This document shows, one piece after another, positions 32,293-42,279 of a stretch of DNA of 64,000 nucleotides. The stretch's first letter is position 1. Each line of letters starts with the position of its first letter. Source of the DNA: Candidatus Thorarchaeota archaeon (GTDB lineage: Archaea; Asgardarchaeota; Thorarchaeia; Thorarchaeales; Thorarchaeaceae); the NCBI GenBank assembly GCA_963726195.1, contig CAVSBO010000008.1, positions 1 to 64,000 on the forward strand, read 5' to 3'. The position numbers were made by a program, and so were the translations under genes. The notes below the pieces were generated by a model. That model worked only from the letters and a program-made list of their open reading frames with translations. It ran no database searches and was not told where the DNA came from.

Positions 32293-32885
32293 CCGAAGCG
32301 CCTGAGGTACCAGCCGATATCCATCACATTCTTTGCAACGAGCTCGTGTGCCGATAGAGAGTGAAGTCTTGCAGCATCTACCGACAAGGCCGCTAGCCCC
32401 ATACATTCATCATCAGTATTCAATACGAGGACCTGCTGTCCTCTCTGCAGGGTGGGCTCGAGCTTCAAGACCGATTCCTTGAGAATGCTGCGACCGTACG
32501 TGAACGCCTCCGCCGCGTGTCTCGAGACAACAATCCTCTTGTCAGTCAGAGGTAAGATATGGTGCAAGATCGGAAGCGCCAGTTTGAATTCGCCTCGCTT
32601 CCTGTCTCCAAGCCATAAGCCAATCATCTGCGGGTCGAAACTCTCAGACTCGACCATGATTCTGTTGAGCCACTCCCTTGGCACCAAGTAGAACGAAAGG
32701 CCACCATCCATCCTGAGGATTACAGGAACACGGTCTGCCTGAAGCTTCTCTGCTACTCCTTGGCCGAAGTCAGCATCGATTTGGTGCACGACAGGATTCC
32801 AGTCATCTGGCTCTGCTAGCGCTATTCTCAATAAACAATCAGCTCCTCTTAACCATCTTACAGATGAAGAACCCCTCTGTGCCAT
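32289..32885 (-). CDS. NIP7-like/PUA domain ribosome biogenesis protein
   Basis: GLWLG...FKLALP...AFTYGRSI...DIGWYLR; true start probably about 32835. Confidence 0.85.
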   Translation of the reverse strand: MAQRGSSSVRWLRGADCLLRIALAEPDDWNPVVHQIDADFGQGVAEKLQADRVPVILRMDGGLSFYLVPREWLNRIMVESESFDPQMIGLWLGDRKRGEFKLALPILHHILPLTDKRIVVSRHAAEAFTYGRSILKESVLKLEPTLQRGQQVLVLNTDDECMGLAALSVDAARLHSLSAHELVAKNVMDIGWYLRRFG

Positions 32886-33804
32886 TCTTGTGAGGCAGAA
32901 ATCTTCTTGCTAACTCCAGACTCGGGCTAAGCCGAACACCGAATGGCTCAGTGTAGGATGGGACTCCAAACTCTAACGGAATAGGTACAACCTTCATTTC
33001 CGCGTGCCTCTTTAGAAAGTCATCAATGACGTACTCGTTTTCCTCCGGCGCGATTGAACATGTGGAATAGACAAGAGTCCCTCCGTCTTCAAGCACGGAC
33101 GCGGCAGAGTCCAGCATTTCATCCTGCCTCCCCGCACAGTATCTGATGTCCGCCATGCTCTTGCTCGTCTTGCGCGAAGGATCCAGCGGTATCAGTCCCT
33201 CACCTGAGCAGGGAGCATCAAGCAGTACCCTATTCGCCTTGATTTGCAGTCGCGAAAGCTTCTTGGCATCGCCCCTCAGAACAAAGGCATTCTCTACCCC
33301 ACATCTTAGGATGTTTCCCTGTAGACTCTTGATACGCAGTCTATCCTGTTCAATAGAGACAATGAGTCCTGAGTTTTCCATCATCTGAGCAATATGTGTG
33401 GTTTTTCCTCCCGGTGCTGCTGCTATGTCAATTACAGTTTCGCTTGGGCGTGGATCAAGCACGCCAGTTACTGTCATTGACGGCACACCCTGCACATAGA
33501 ATAGACCAAGCATGTGCTCAAAGAGCGACCCCGGTGAATCCGTGCCAAAGTCGACATAGAACCCCTCCTTAATCCAAGGTACTGCCTCAAGCTTGAACCC
33601 TTTCTTTCGAAGACGCGGTTGTAGACTATCGATGGAGCTCTTCAGCGTGTTCACCCTGATCGAGGTTCTTATCGGCCGTTCGCATGCATTGAGGAACTGC
33701 AGCGTCTCTTCTTCTCCCCAGAGAGCTAAGTACCGCTCAATCATGTAATTCTGGTAACCGTACTTTTCGGCCAGTTCCTTGCTTCTTTGTCTCTGTTCTT
33801 TCAC
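32839..33804 (-). CDS. RsmB/NOP2-family RNA m5C methyltransferase
   Basis: DIAAAPGGKT, LLDAPCSGEG, YSTCS...ENE. Confidence 0.95.
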   Translation of the reverse strand: MKEQRQRSKELAEKYGYQNYMIERYLALWGEEETLQFLNACERPIRTSIRVNTLKSSIDSLQPRLRKKGFKLEAVPWIKEGFYVDFGTDSPGSLFEHMLGLFYVQGVPSMTVTGVLDPRPSETVIDIAAAPGGKTTHIAQMMENSGLIVSIEQDRLRIKSLQGNILRCGVENAFVLRGDAKKLSRLQIKANRVLLDAPCSGEGLIPLDPSRKTSKSMADIRYCAGRQDEMLDSAASVLEDGGTLVYSTCSIAPEENEYVIDDFLKRHAEMKVVPIPLEFGVPSYTEPFGVRLSPSLELARRFLPHKNGTEGFFICKMVKRS

Positions 33805-33819
33805 TGGAGGCTCCTCGGT

Positions 33820-35077
33820 TCATGCTTTCTTAAGATGTGTCTTCAGTTCTTGAATGTCCGGACCAATAACGGGTGGTTGTGACGTAAGTCGATCCGCTGT
33901 TGTGAGATCCTTGAAACCAGAACCAGTGATGGGGACCACGACCCTGTCGGAGGGATCAATTAAGCCGCCTTCTATGAGAGTCTTGGCACCGGCGAGTGCC
34001 GCCATACCACTAGGTTCAGCGAAGATTCCTTCGAGCTTCGCAAGCATCAGGAGGTATTGCTCTATGGCACCGTCAGATACCTGAACGGCGGTACCTTTCG
34101 CGAGTCTAAGGTACTTTAGGGCAGCATCTCCGTCCCAAGGGTACGGGTCTGCCAAACCTCCAGCAATGGTCTCGTTTGAACCCCAAGGTTCTATGTGAAG
34201 AGGATCGCTTTTCTGATGGAATGCCCTGACGATTGGCGCACAACCCTCTGGCTGGACCACGACGGGCCTCGGCAACCGATCAATTAACCCCATCTGCTGG
34301 AACTCCCAGAAACCCTTCATCGTACCCGCCATCAGGCCCCCGCTGCCTGTAGGGAACAATACCCAATCAGGCGGGTCCCATGCCATCTGCTCTGCAATTT
34401 CATACCCCAACGATTTGGTTCCTTCGAACTGGAAGCAATTGAATGGTCCGAACGAGGGAACGGGAGCCCAACCGAGCTGGTCGCACGCCATTCGAAGCAG
34501 CGTCGTCGTAGGATCAATGCCTTCCTCTGCCTTCCGGACTCTGAACACTCGGGCTCCGAGGGTTCTGAGATGAACAAGCTTAGCGGCGGGCGCAGCTTCG
34601 GGAACAAACACTACAGCTTCAAGTCCGCCCCTCAGCTGCATAGGTGGCCATTGATGCCGCTGCATTTCCCGAAGATGCCGCAGCAACCGTGTTGGCGCCG
34701 TCTTGTCTGGCACGACTGACCCCGACGCAGATGGGCCTATCCTTGAAGGAACCGGATGGATTTGTCGTTTCTAGCTTGAGGAACAGGTTTCTTAGCCCGA
34801 TGGCGGAAGCGAGTCTTTTGCTCTTCAACAGCGACGTATTTCCTTCGCCCAAGGTCACAATACTATGTCTATCTCTAATGGGCATGAGCTCGACATATTT
34901 CCACAGACCTCCACTGCGACGTTTCAGGCTGCTTCTCGTGATTTTGTTCTTTAGGCTTTCAAGGTCGAGCGTGATATCGATTCTACCGCCGCATCCATCA
35001 TTCGGAGGTACGTTCTCTTCTGAATATGACTTGCCACATCGTGCGCACTTGAACTGCGTTGTGCTTTTCAACGTCAT
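33820..35077 (-). CDS. thrC: Threonine synthase; frameshift near 34640
   Basis: LWKYVELMP, TLGEGNT, NPSGSFKDR (PLP Lys), ASSGNAA, PTGSGG, TGSGFKD. Confidence 0.92.
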
Positions 35078-35239
35078 CAGCCTCGAGGTCCTAGGAATGG
35101 TCAGGTTATCTGGGTTGCGGACAGTCACGTTGCGACTACATGTACTGCTGGCCCGCAAGGCTATCTTCATGAGGGAAACGCGTAACTCTCGTATCATCTT
35201 CGTCGTTTTGAAATCCCAATAAGAAGGAGCCTGTGCGGC

Positions 35240-35842
35240 ATGAAAGAACCAAACATTGAGGTGGAGGTGAAAGTTCCTCTGACGGATTTGCACGCTTTGG
35301 GAAAACTGCTCCAGTCGAGGGGCTCTCGCATACTCAGTAGCGAGACACAATATGACGAGTACTACGACCACCCATGCAAATCGTTCAAAGAAACCGATGA
35401 GGCTGTACGTCTAAGGCGCCGGGTTCCCTCTGGCACAAGGAGAAGTACGAAAGGCGAATCTGGCCAGATTCTCGAACTCACGTACAAAGGGCCAAGAGTG
35501 GACTCCAAGTCGAAGAGTCGGGTTGAGGTCTCCTTGGTGGTAGATGATTCTGAGTCGGCCAAGTTGTTCCTTGAGCGTCTGGGGTTCAAGTACGTAACAA
35601 CGATAATCAAGAGACGTGTGTTCTATAAGGTCGGCGATGCAATTGCGAGCCTAGACGATGTCGAGGGGGTGGGGCTCTTCTTAGAAATCGAAAGGATTGT
35701 CGCATCCGGAGGCGAAGTTGAGAAAACACGCGATGAATTGCTTCGTCTGATTAGTAGTCTGGGATTGGATCCGAGTGCGTCTATTCGCGACTCGTATCTA
35801 GAACTATACCAGCGAAAGGTAGGTCAAGGCTCTTCTGCGTAG
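35240..35842 (+). CDS. cyaB: CYTH domain protein (class IV adenylate cyclase-like)
   Basis: EVEVK, EAVRLR, LTYKGP, LDDVEGVGLFLEIE, SYLEL. Confidence 0.9.
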   Translation: MKEPNIEVEVKVPLTDLHALGKLLQSRGSRILSSETQYDEYYDHPCKSFKETDEAVRLRRRVPSGTRRSTKGESGQILELTYKGPRVDSKSKSRVEVSLVVDDSESAKLFLERLGFKYVTTIIKRRVFYKVGDAIASLDDVEGVGLFLEIERIVASGGEVEKTRDELLRLISSLGLDPSASIRDSYLELYQRKVGQGSSA

Positions 35843-36432
35843 TGGGATTCTTGTTGCAGACGTCGAACAAAGTCTGTAAGAAAAGCATGACGTTGTTCTG
35901 CCATAGCTCTGGCCTTGTCAGTATACATCATGGCATGCAGCTTGAGGAGTTTCTCTTCGGCATGCTTGAGAAAACCCTCCACGTCTCTGTTTTCAATCAC
36001 TGACTCGGCAATGCCTCTGAATATTCCAATGGCACCCATGGCGTCGAGCTTATCCGCATCGCTGAGTATCTTGCCTTCCAATGATGATGGTGTCAGGTTT
36101 TCACTGAAACGATGAGTCCTGATTGCGTCTACGATTTGCTCCACTTCTGTTTCGGTGTACCCCGTTTTCTGAAGAACCTCCCTGCTCATTTCGCCCGAAA
36201 GAATGGCATGCGACACGCCGGTCTCTTTCTCTTTGGCACGCCCGATATCATGGAGCAGGGCTGCTGCACTGACGATTCTTAGATTCGCCTCGCTACCGGA
36301 TGCTATGCGTCTAGCGAGTGCATAGACGCGCTTCGTGTGGTCATATGCATGGGCCCCCTGGGATGACCCCCCTGTCATTTGCTTGGCAAATGCATCAAGC
36401 TTCCTCTCAGGAGAGGTTTTCACACATGTCAC
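35824..36432 (-). CDS. HD domain phosphohydrolase
   Basis: HAYDHTKRV, ALLHDIGR, SDADKLDAMGAIG. Confidence 0.92.
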   Translation of the reverse strand: MTCVKTSPERKLDAFAKQMTGGSSQGAHAYDHTKRVYALARRIASGSEANLRIVSAAALLHDIGRAKEKETGVSHAILSGEMSREVLQKTGYTETEVEQIVDAIRTHRFSENLTPSSLEGKILSDADKLDAMGAIGIFRGIAESVIENRDVEGFLKHAEEKLLKLHAMMYTDKARAMAEQRHAFLTDFVRRLQQESHYAEEP

Positions 36433-36574
36433 CGCCTGTCTTCTGATGGCAAGACAGCGGACGTATCCGAGAAATGCTTTAATGGTTTCCTCTGGAGAGC
36501 AAGTGCAAGTCCGGAATCAGCCCGCCCGTTTCAGTTCATGTCTAGCCGGCAAGTCATCAAGAGGTACTGCCTAA

Positions 36575-39500
36575 TTGAGTGCTCCTGCCACGACCGTCCG
36601 TCGCAAGATGAGTATCATGACAGTTATCAGTTCTTTTCTTCTTCTTGTAACCATCATATGGGCAGCGTGGTCTTTCTTTCTCATTCAAGGTGGAGCAGTG
36701 CGAACAGAAATCCCGCAAGAGCGATTTGATAATGTCAAGCCTTGGCCGTACAATATCAACTGGACAGGTGGGAGGAGTTCCTGGTTCGAGAATCTCAATT
36801 ACACGAATCTTCCATTGAACATGTCTCCTCCGGCCGATGTCCTGCAGCAGCTGGAGAATGTTGTCTTCCTCGTGTCCCCGCAGGATCCACCACAACTCTG
36901 GCGCAATACTGCGTATGATCACTACGATGGAAGCGGCTGGACTAAGACAACCAATAATCCAATTCCGGTCACATCCGAGGTAATCAGCAGGAGTCGAGCG
37001 CTGCTTCAAGGCAATCCAGTATACGACATTTATCTCAATCTGACAGCCGGACCGAACGTTGGTAATGTTGAGCTGCCGGCTCTGTTTCCAGGTATTCAAG
37101 TGATTGCCGGTTCATTTCGGACGGGAGGAATGGTCTCGGGGGTATTTCAGCCGGACAGTCCTTCAAGACTACTTGGCATGAACCTAGAGACGGATGACTA
37201 TGGCACCTTGCTTCTGAGTCCCCTCCTCCAAGGTGCCACGGGGACCAACATCCTGCTCAACTACGAAGTGACCTACAGAACCCAGGACTTGGTCAATGTT
37301 GCCAACAACGCCCTAGAGGGACAATATGCGCCTGCGGGTATCGCTACGACATATGGTTCTCTTGCTGGCGTAACCCTGACGCAGAGAGTGCTCGATGAAA
37401 TCGCGCCATTTGACATTCCGGGAGTGAACGCGTACGACATAGCTATAGCTGTCAGCCTCGACTTCCGCAGCAAGTACCAGCTGATGATCGCGCCTGGTCA
37501 GTTCACGCAGCGCCCAGCCCTGGGCCAAGAAGTCACAGACTGGTTCATTCAACGAGGCGGAGGCTTGCCAATGGACTTCGCTACAGCCTACTGCGTTTTC
37601 ATGCGCCATCTCGGTATCCCTGCTCGTATGGTAATCGGTTATGCTGTGGGCGACCCTACTGAAGCTTATCGCACAATAAGGGTCAGGCATATGATGTTCT
37701 GGGCGGAGGTCTTCATTCCAATGAATGGCTCTCCCACAGGGGGTGAGTGGATTCAGGTCGTTCCGATTCCTCTTCCTAGCAGTATGGGCGGTAACGAAAT
37801 ACCACAGAACACGAATCCGGGCAGCGTTCAGCTGTATGTCGGGCCGCCGCAGTGGGCCATGATTGGATCTAATTTCAACCTCAGTGCGCTTCTTGTGTTT
37901 CAAGGCATACCTGTCAGTACTCCTGAAACAATCCACTTCCGTGACGAAACGGATCAGATTTCCATGGGAACTGGCACAATTCAGATGGGCACCAGTCTAC
38001 CGTTGGCAAACATAACCTACGCATTTCCCGTGGGTTCGACACTCGGTTTCCACAGCATATCCGCGACATGGATCGGTACCAACATGTCTGTCACCAACTA
38101 TACGGCTGTATACGCTGTTGGGAATCCGAATCCGATGACACTTCCTCATCCAATCCCTGCGGGAGGTTTTGTTCCGAGTGAGGTCGTTGACCTTGACGTC
38201 AAGCTAGGATTGGATAACTACCTCGCACACTGGAAGGATGTTGTCCACGTGCACGGAGTCATGACCGTAAGTGGTCAGCCCGTGAATGGAACCAGGCTCA
38301 GGAACAATCAGATGCAAATCATGTGGGACGAGGGATGGATTGGAAATGCCACGATTAATGGCTCTGGTTACTACGAGCTCAGTATCTCAGTCAACCCAAA
38401 CGATCTGGTACGAATGAAAGTCGGAGTTCACAAGGTCTGGGCTCAATATGCTGGAGAATGGGATGGACTAAATCCAGTCTTACTGGCTGCACGCTCTGCC
38501 GACAACTCAACCGTTGCGGTCTGGGGCATAGTCGCTTTCAATCTGACTGTAAGGCCACAGAGCGCCTACAGAGGGGCAACGATTGTCTACGATGGCACAG
38601 CCCGACTGCTAAATGGCACAGTGTTAGTGGGTAAGACCATCGGTATCTTCCTCAATGGGACCTTGGTGAATACTGCAACTACGAACGCTTCGGGGGGTTT
38701 CCGAAGCACCTACATGATTCCTTTGAGCTATCCATTTGGTGTGGCATATGCTCGGGTCAACTGGACTTCGACCATGAACTTGGTTTCGGGAAACTGGAGC
38801 AATACCGTGGCCATCAATATTCTGGTTGGGGGAACGTTGCTAAGCATAGACTCCACACCGAGAGCTCCGCAGGTCGTGCACATCTCTCAGTCCATTCTGA
38901 TCTATGGCAATCTAACCCATGCCACAAATGGCTCAGGCATTACTGGGCAGACAATACGCGTTTGGTGGCAGAACGGCACCTCGGTACGGTTGATAGGCAG
39001 CAATACTACAGGTGTCGGGGGCTTCTATGAACTGAGATACACCGTGCCTGCTGGATACGAGGGCACTGTGACCTACTGGACTCAGTTCAATTCTCTTGGT
39101 CCTCCATTGATCAGTTCCCGCTCTGTCAACATGACGATTCGTGTTCAGAAATACAATACGACCCTCACCATCTTCTCGGACAAGGTGAGTTATCACCTAA
39201 ACGAGACGGCCCACATCTGGGGCCGACTACTGTTTGAAAATGGGACTCCGTGGCCCGGGAGAAATGTGAGCATCAATTGGGTCAACGGCAGTGTTCACAC
39301 CTTCTACGTAACAACGAACTCAACCGGGTGGTATAGCTTCTACTATGGCTGCTCAGTTCCCAAAGATATCGCAGGCACCGTGGTGGTTCAAGCTATCTTC
39401 ACCTCGCCCAACCCACTCTTCCGCAACTCAACAGCAGTGCTCTCACCGTCGCTGGTGCTACGGCTGTATCAGGTCGTGGCCTATGCCAGCCCTATCGCGG

Positions 39501-41818
39501 CACAATATCATCTTGATGAAGTCGTAGTGTTTTCCGGTAACCTCACATTTCAAGAGAATGGTGTTCCCCTTTGTGGTGCCATTGTCACCATTTGCTACAG
39601 GAATGGGACGAACACGTATTTCTTCAACAAGACCACTGACGGTGCTGGCAACTTTGCATTCCGCTACAATTGCTCGATTCGTGATGCGCTAGGCGCAGTC
39701 TACATCTGGGCAAGATATACCAGCTCGAATTCTCTTTGGAGCAGCGGATTGTCCGCGAATCGGACCACAACTCTGATCCTCTATCAGTTTCAGCTTATTG
39801 CCAATCCCAGTCCTACAACGTGTCATCTGGATGAGACCATACTGATAACGGGTCGTCTTACATATCTTCAGAATGGCACCCCCTTGGCCAATCGAAACAT
39901 AACGATTCACTGGGACTGGAATAACGGAACGGTGCTCGTTTTCGGACCCTACCGGACCAATGCAACGGGCTATTTCAGGTTCTACTACAACTGCTCTGTT
40001 CCCAAAGACAGGCCAGCCAACATCACCGTTTGGGCGCAGTTTAACAACAATGTGAAGCTCTGGAGCAACGCAAGTTCTCTGTCGAGCACAATCCGGCTCA
40101 TTCTGTATCAGATTGTTTTCACCGTGAACGCACCGTCTCCCGTCACATTGGACCGGGTTCTCCTTATTCAGGGTAATCTCACCTATCTAGGCGGAACGCC
40201 GGTTCTTGCAGGTGCTAATGTCACGATTTACCTTCGTGTTGGTGCCAGCTGGGTTCCGAAGAATTCCTCAGTCACCGACTCGTTCGGTAGATTCAGGTAT
40301 TTCCATCAATTCACTGTACCTCCGGACGTGCCCGGCATCTACGTGTTCAGGTGTGTGTACATCAGAACCAGTCTCTTGACAAGCAATGCAACCATCCAGA
40401 TTCAAATCACCGCACAAGCAATCAATGTCGTCATTGTTGCGAATGGCAGCACAGCAAAATCATACCTCGGTCAAGCTTTCACAGTATCCGGCACGTTGAG
40501 ATTCCAGAACGGAACTCCGATGGCCGGCTATGTCGTCGTGCTTGATTGGGATTCTGGCCGTCTCAATGTCAGTACCTTGACAGTCGCAGGCGGCACCTTT
40601 TCGTTCATCCTCGGCATAGCGTGGACTCAGCCTCTGGGACTGATTGGTTACTTTGTGGCATTCAATGCTCCTTCTGCAGCTTTTCAAACGGCCGCGTCAA
40701 GTACTTCCCAAGTGGATGTGTGGGACCGAGTTCAGCTTCACTTGGATACCCAGACGGTTCCCGTCGTGGTCAAATCGAAAACGTTCACCGTAAGCGGTTA
40801 CGTCACCGATGGTCGTGACCGCGTGACGGGAGTGCCCCTTGTGATAACAGTTGACTCGACCACTACATGGGGAACAGCATCCACCCGGAGCGATGGCGGA
40901 TTTCTGGTCAGCTTGACTGTTCCTATGAGCTGGTCTCTCGGTCCGCATGTTGTGAGCCTTTCCATTGAATATGGCAATTATGAAGTCCAAGGAACCGCAG
41001 ATTCTTGGTCGATTGAGGTGCGCTTGGGTTCAAGCATAACTGTTGCATTTGTCTCACCACGTGACACAATGCCGGGCGAGAGCTTCAGTTTCAGCATTGG
41101 GCTTGAGGATCTTTCGGGAAACCCACTAATCGGGTCTGTGAGTTTCTTGCTGAACGGAACGGTGATTGCCACACAGACGATTTCTGGCACGACAACACTA
41201 GTCCAATTCGTGCCGAGTGGGTGGGCCACTAGTGGCGCCTATGTTCTATCTGCGAATTACTCAGGCGCTGTCTATATCGATGGTTCCATAGGAAAGACAG
41301 CAGGCACAATCCACATCTTCACGAGTAACTTGTTCTTCAACCATGAAACTCCGTCGCGGATCAATCCGGGCTCGGCTCTGACGGTCAAATGCCTGCTGAC
41401 CGACGATTCGGCAGGACGTATTCCAATCGTCGGACGAACAGTTGTGCTGCATCACAACGGTACAAGCAATACTACGACGTTAACAACGGGACCCGACGGC
41501 CGCATTACGTACATTGTATTGCAGCGGGCTTCTCAAGGATACTATGAATACAGTGTTACACTGGTTTCTTCAGTTGCCAGCGTCAACTCAAGCGTGTACA
41601 GGGTTGAGATACAGCCGGTATCCGGGCTACCTTTGAGCGCAGCCTTGTTGATTTTCTGGACGGCGACGATCCTGACCGAAATCATCGCCGCTTACATTGT
41701 CATCCGACGGTCTGGGCCAAGCAATGCAGGCATGACCAAGCGATCTCGATTCAGATTGCATGTCGGGTTATCAAGAACTCGGTCAAAGCAGGTGATTACC
41801 AATGCAAGCACTAATTGA
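36575..41818 (+). CDS. Giant surface protein: transglutaminase-like domain (triad lost) + roughly 10 Ig-like repeats + C-terminal TM
   Basis: LWRNTAYDHYDGSGW, FATAYCVFMRHLGIPARMVIGY, FWAEVF; repeats GxLxxxNGTPxxG...TNxxGxF; many N-x-S/T sequons. Confidence 0.9.
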   Translation: MSAPATTVRRKMSIMTVISSFLLLVTIIWAAWSFFLIQGGAVRTEIPQERFDNVKPWPYNINWTGGRSSWFENLNYTNLPLNMSPPADVLQQLENVVFLVSPQDPPQLWRNTAYDHYDGSGWTKTTNNPIPVTSEVISRSRALLQGNPVYDIYLNLTAGPNVGNVELPALFPGIQVIAGSFRTGGMVSGVFQPDSPSRLLGMNLETDDYGTLLLSPLLQGATGTNILLNYEVTYRTQDLVNVANNALEGQYAPAGIATTYGSLAGVTLTQRVLDEIAPFDIPGVNAYDIAIAVSLDFRSKYQLMIAPGQFTQRPALGQEVTDWFIQRGGGLPMDFATAYCVFMRHLGIPARMVIGYAVGDPTEAYRTIRVRHMMFWAEVFIPMNGSPTGGEWIQVVPIPLPSSMGGNEIPQNTNPGSVQLYVGPPQWAMIGSNFNLSALLVFQGIPVSTPETIHFRDETDQISMGTGTIQMGTSLPLANITYAFPVGSTLGFHSISATWIGTNMSVTNYTAVYAVGNPNPMTLPHPIPAGGFVPSEVVDLDVKLGLDNYLAHWKDVVHVHGVMTVSGQPVNGTRLRNNQMQIMWDEGWIGNATINGSGYYELSISVNPNDLVRMKVGVHKVWAQYAGEWDGLNPVLLAARSADNSTVAVWGIVAFNLTVRPQSAYRGATIVYDGTARLLNGTVLVGKTIGIFLNGTLVNTATTNASGGFRSTYMIPLSYPFGVAYARVNWTSTMNLVSGNWSNTVAINILVGGTLLSIDSTPRAPQVVHISQSILIYGNLTHATNGSGITGQTIRVWWQNGTSVRLIGSNTTGVGGFYELRYTVPAGYEGTVTYWTQFNSLGPPLISSRSVNMTIRVQKYNTTLTIFSDKVSYHLNETAHIWGRLLFENGTPWPGRNVSINWVNGSVHTFYVTTNSTGWYSFYYGCSVPKDIAGTVVVQAIFTSPNPLFRNSTAVLSPSLVLRLYQVVAYASPIAAQYHLDEVVVFSGNLTFQENGVPLCGAIVTICYRNGTNTYFFNKTTDGAGNFAFRYNCSIRDALGAVYIWARYTSSNSLWSSGLSANRTTTLILYQFQLIANPSPTTCHLDETILITGRLTYLQNGTPLANRNITIHWDWNNGTVLVFGPYRTNATGYFRFYYNCSVPKDRPANITVWAQFNNNVKLWSNASSLSSTIRLILYQIVFTVNAPSPVTLDRVLLIQGNLTYLGGTPVLAGANVTIYLRVGASWVPKNSSVTDSFGRFRYFHQFTVPPDVPGIYVFRCVYIRTSLLTSNATIQIQITAQAINVVIVANGSTAKSYLGQAFTVSGTLRFQNGTPMAGYVVVLDWDSGRLNVSTLTVAGGTFSFILGIAWTQPLGLIGYFVAFNAPSAAFQTAASSTSQVDVWDRVQLHLDTQTVPVVVKSKTFTVSGYVTDGRDRVTGVPLVITVDSTTTWGTASTRSDGGFLVSLTVPMSWSLGPHVVSLSIEYGNYEVQGTADSWSIEVRLGSSITVAFVSPRDTMPGESFSFSIGLEDLSGNPLIGSVSFLLNGTVIATQTISGTTTLVQFVPSGWATSGAYVLSANYSGAVYIDGSIGKTAGTIHIFTSNLFFNHETPSRINPGSALTVKCLLTDDSAGRIPIVGRTVVLHHNGTSNTTTLTTGPDGRITYIVLQRASQGYYEYSVTLVSSVASVNSSVYRVEIQPVSGLPLSAALLIFWTATILTEIIAAYIVIRRSGPSNAGMTKRSRFRLHVGLSRTRSKQVITNASTN

Positions 41819-42257
41819 CATACTTCTGCCAAGCGTGGCGTTAGCGGGCGCAATAGTAGTAGTCGTGCTCTATTTGTATCTCGTCAAAGGTTGGTTCCGG
41901 CGCCCAGTAACTCCAACATCGATTGACACTCCGAGCAAGCTTCGCAATATCAAGAAGCTTGCAGACTCGGGGAAGTACAGCGCCGCAATTGCCCTCGCCT
42001 ATCGGACATTCGAACAGATGTGCGGAGCAAAGATAGGTTCAGAACGATTGAACTCCGAGACCGCAAGAGAGTACATTGAGCGTGTGCTCAAGATGCTCCC
42101 TCTTGATAGTGGTGCAGTTGAGAACTTCGCGGTCTTCTATGAAGAGGCGCGATTCTCGAGACACGATATAGATCGCACAACATACGAAGCTGCAATCCGT
42201 ATATTCACAGACCTATACCCAAAGATCGAAGGTAGCCAGATTTCTACACCTGTATAG
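41802..42257 (+). CDS. DUF4129-like membrane-anchored protein
   Basis: N-terminal TM; SETAREY...YEEARFSRH. Confidence 0.8.
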   Translation: MQALIDILLPSVALAGAIVVVVLYLYLVKGWFRRPVTPTSIDTPSKLRNIKKLADSGKYSAAIALAYRTFEQMCGAKIGSERLNSETAREYIERVLKMLPLDSGAVENFAVFYEEARFSRHDIDRTTYEAAIRIFTDLYPKIEGSQISTPV

Positions 42258-42279
42258 ACAGGAGCACGGTGGGACCGAG

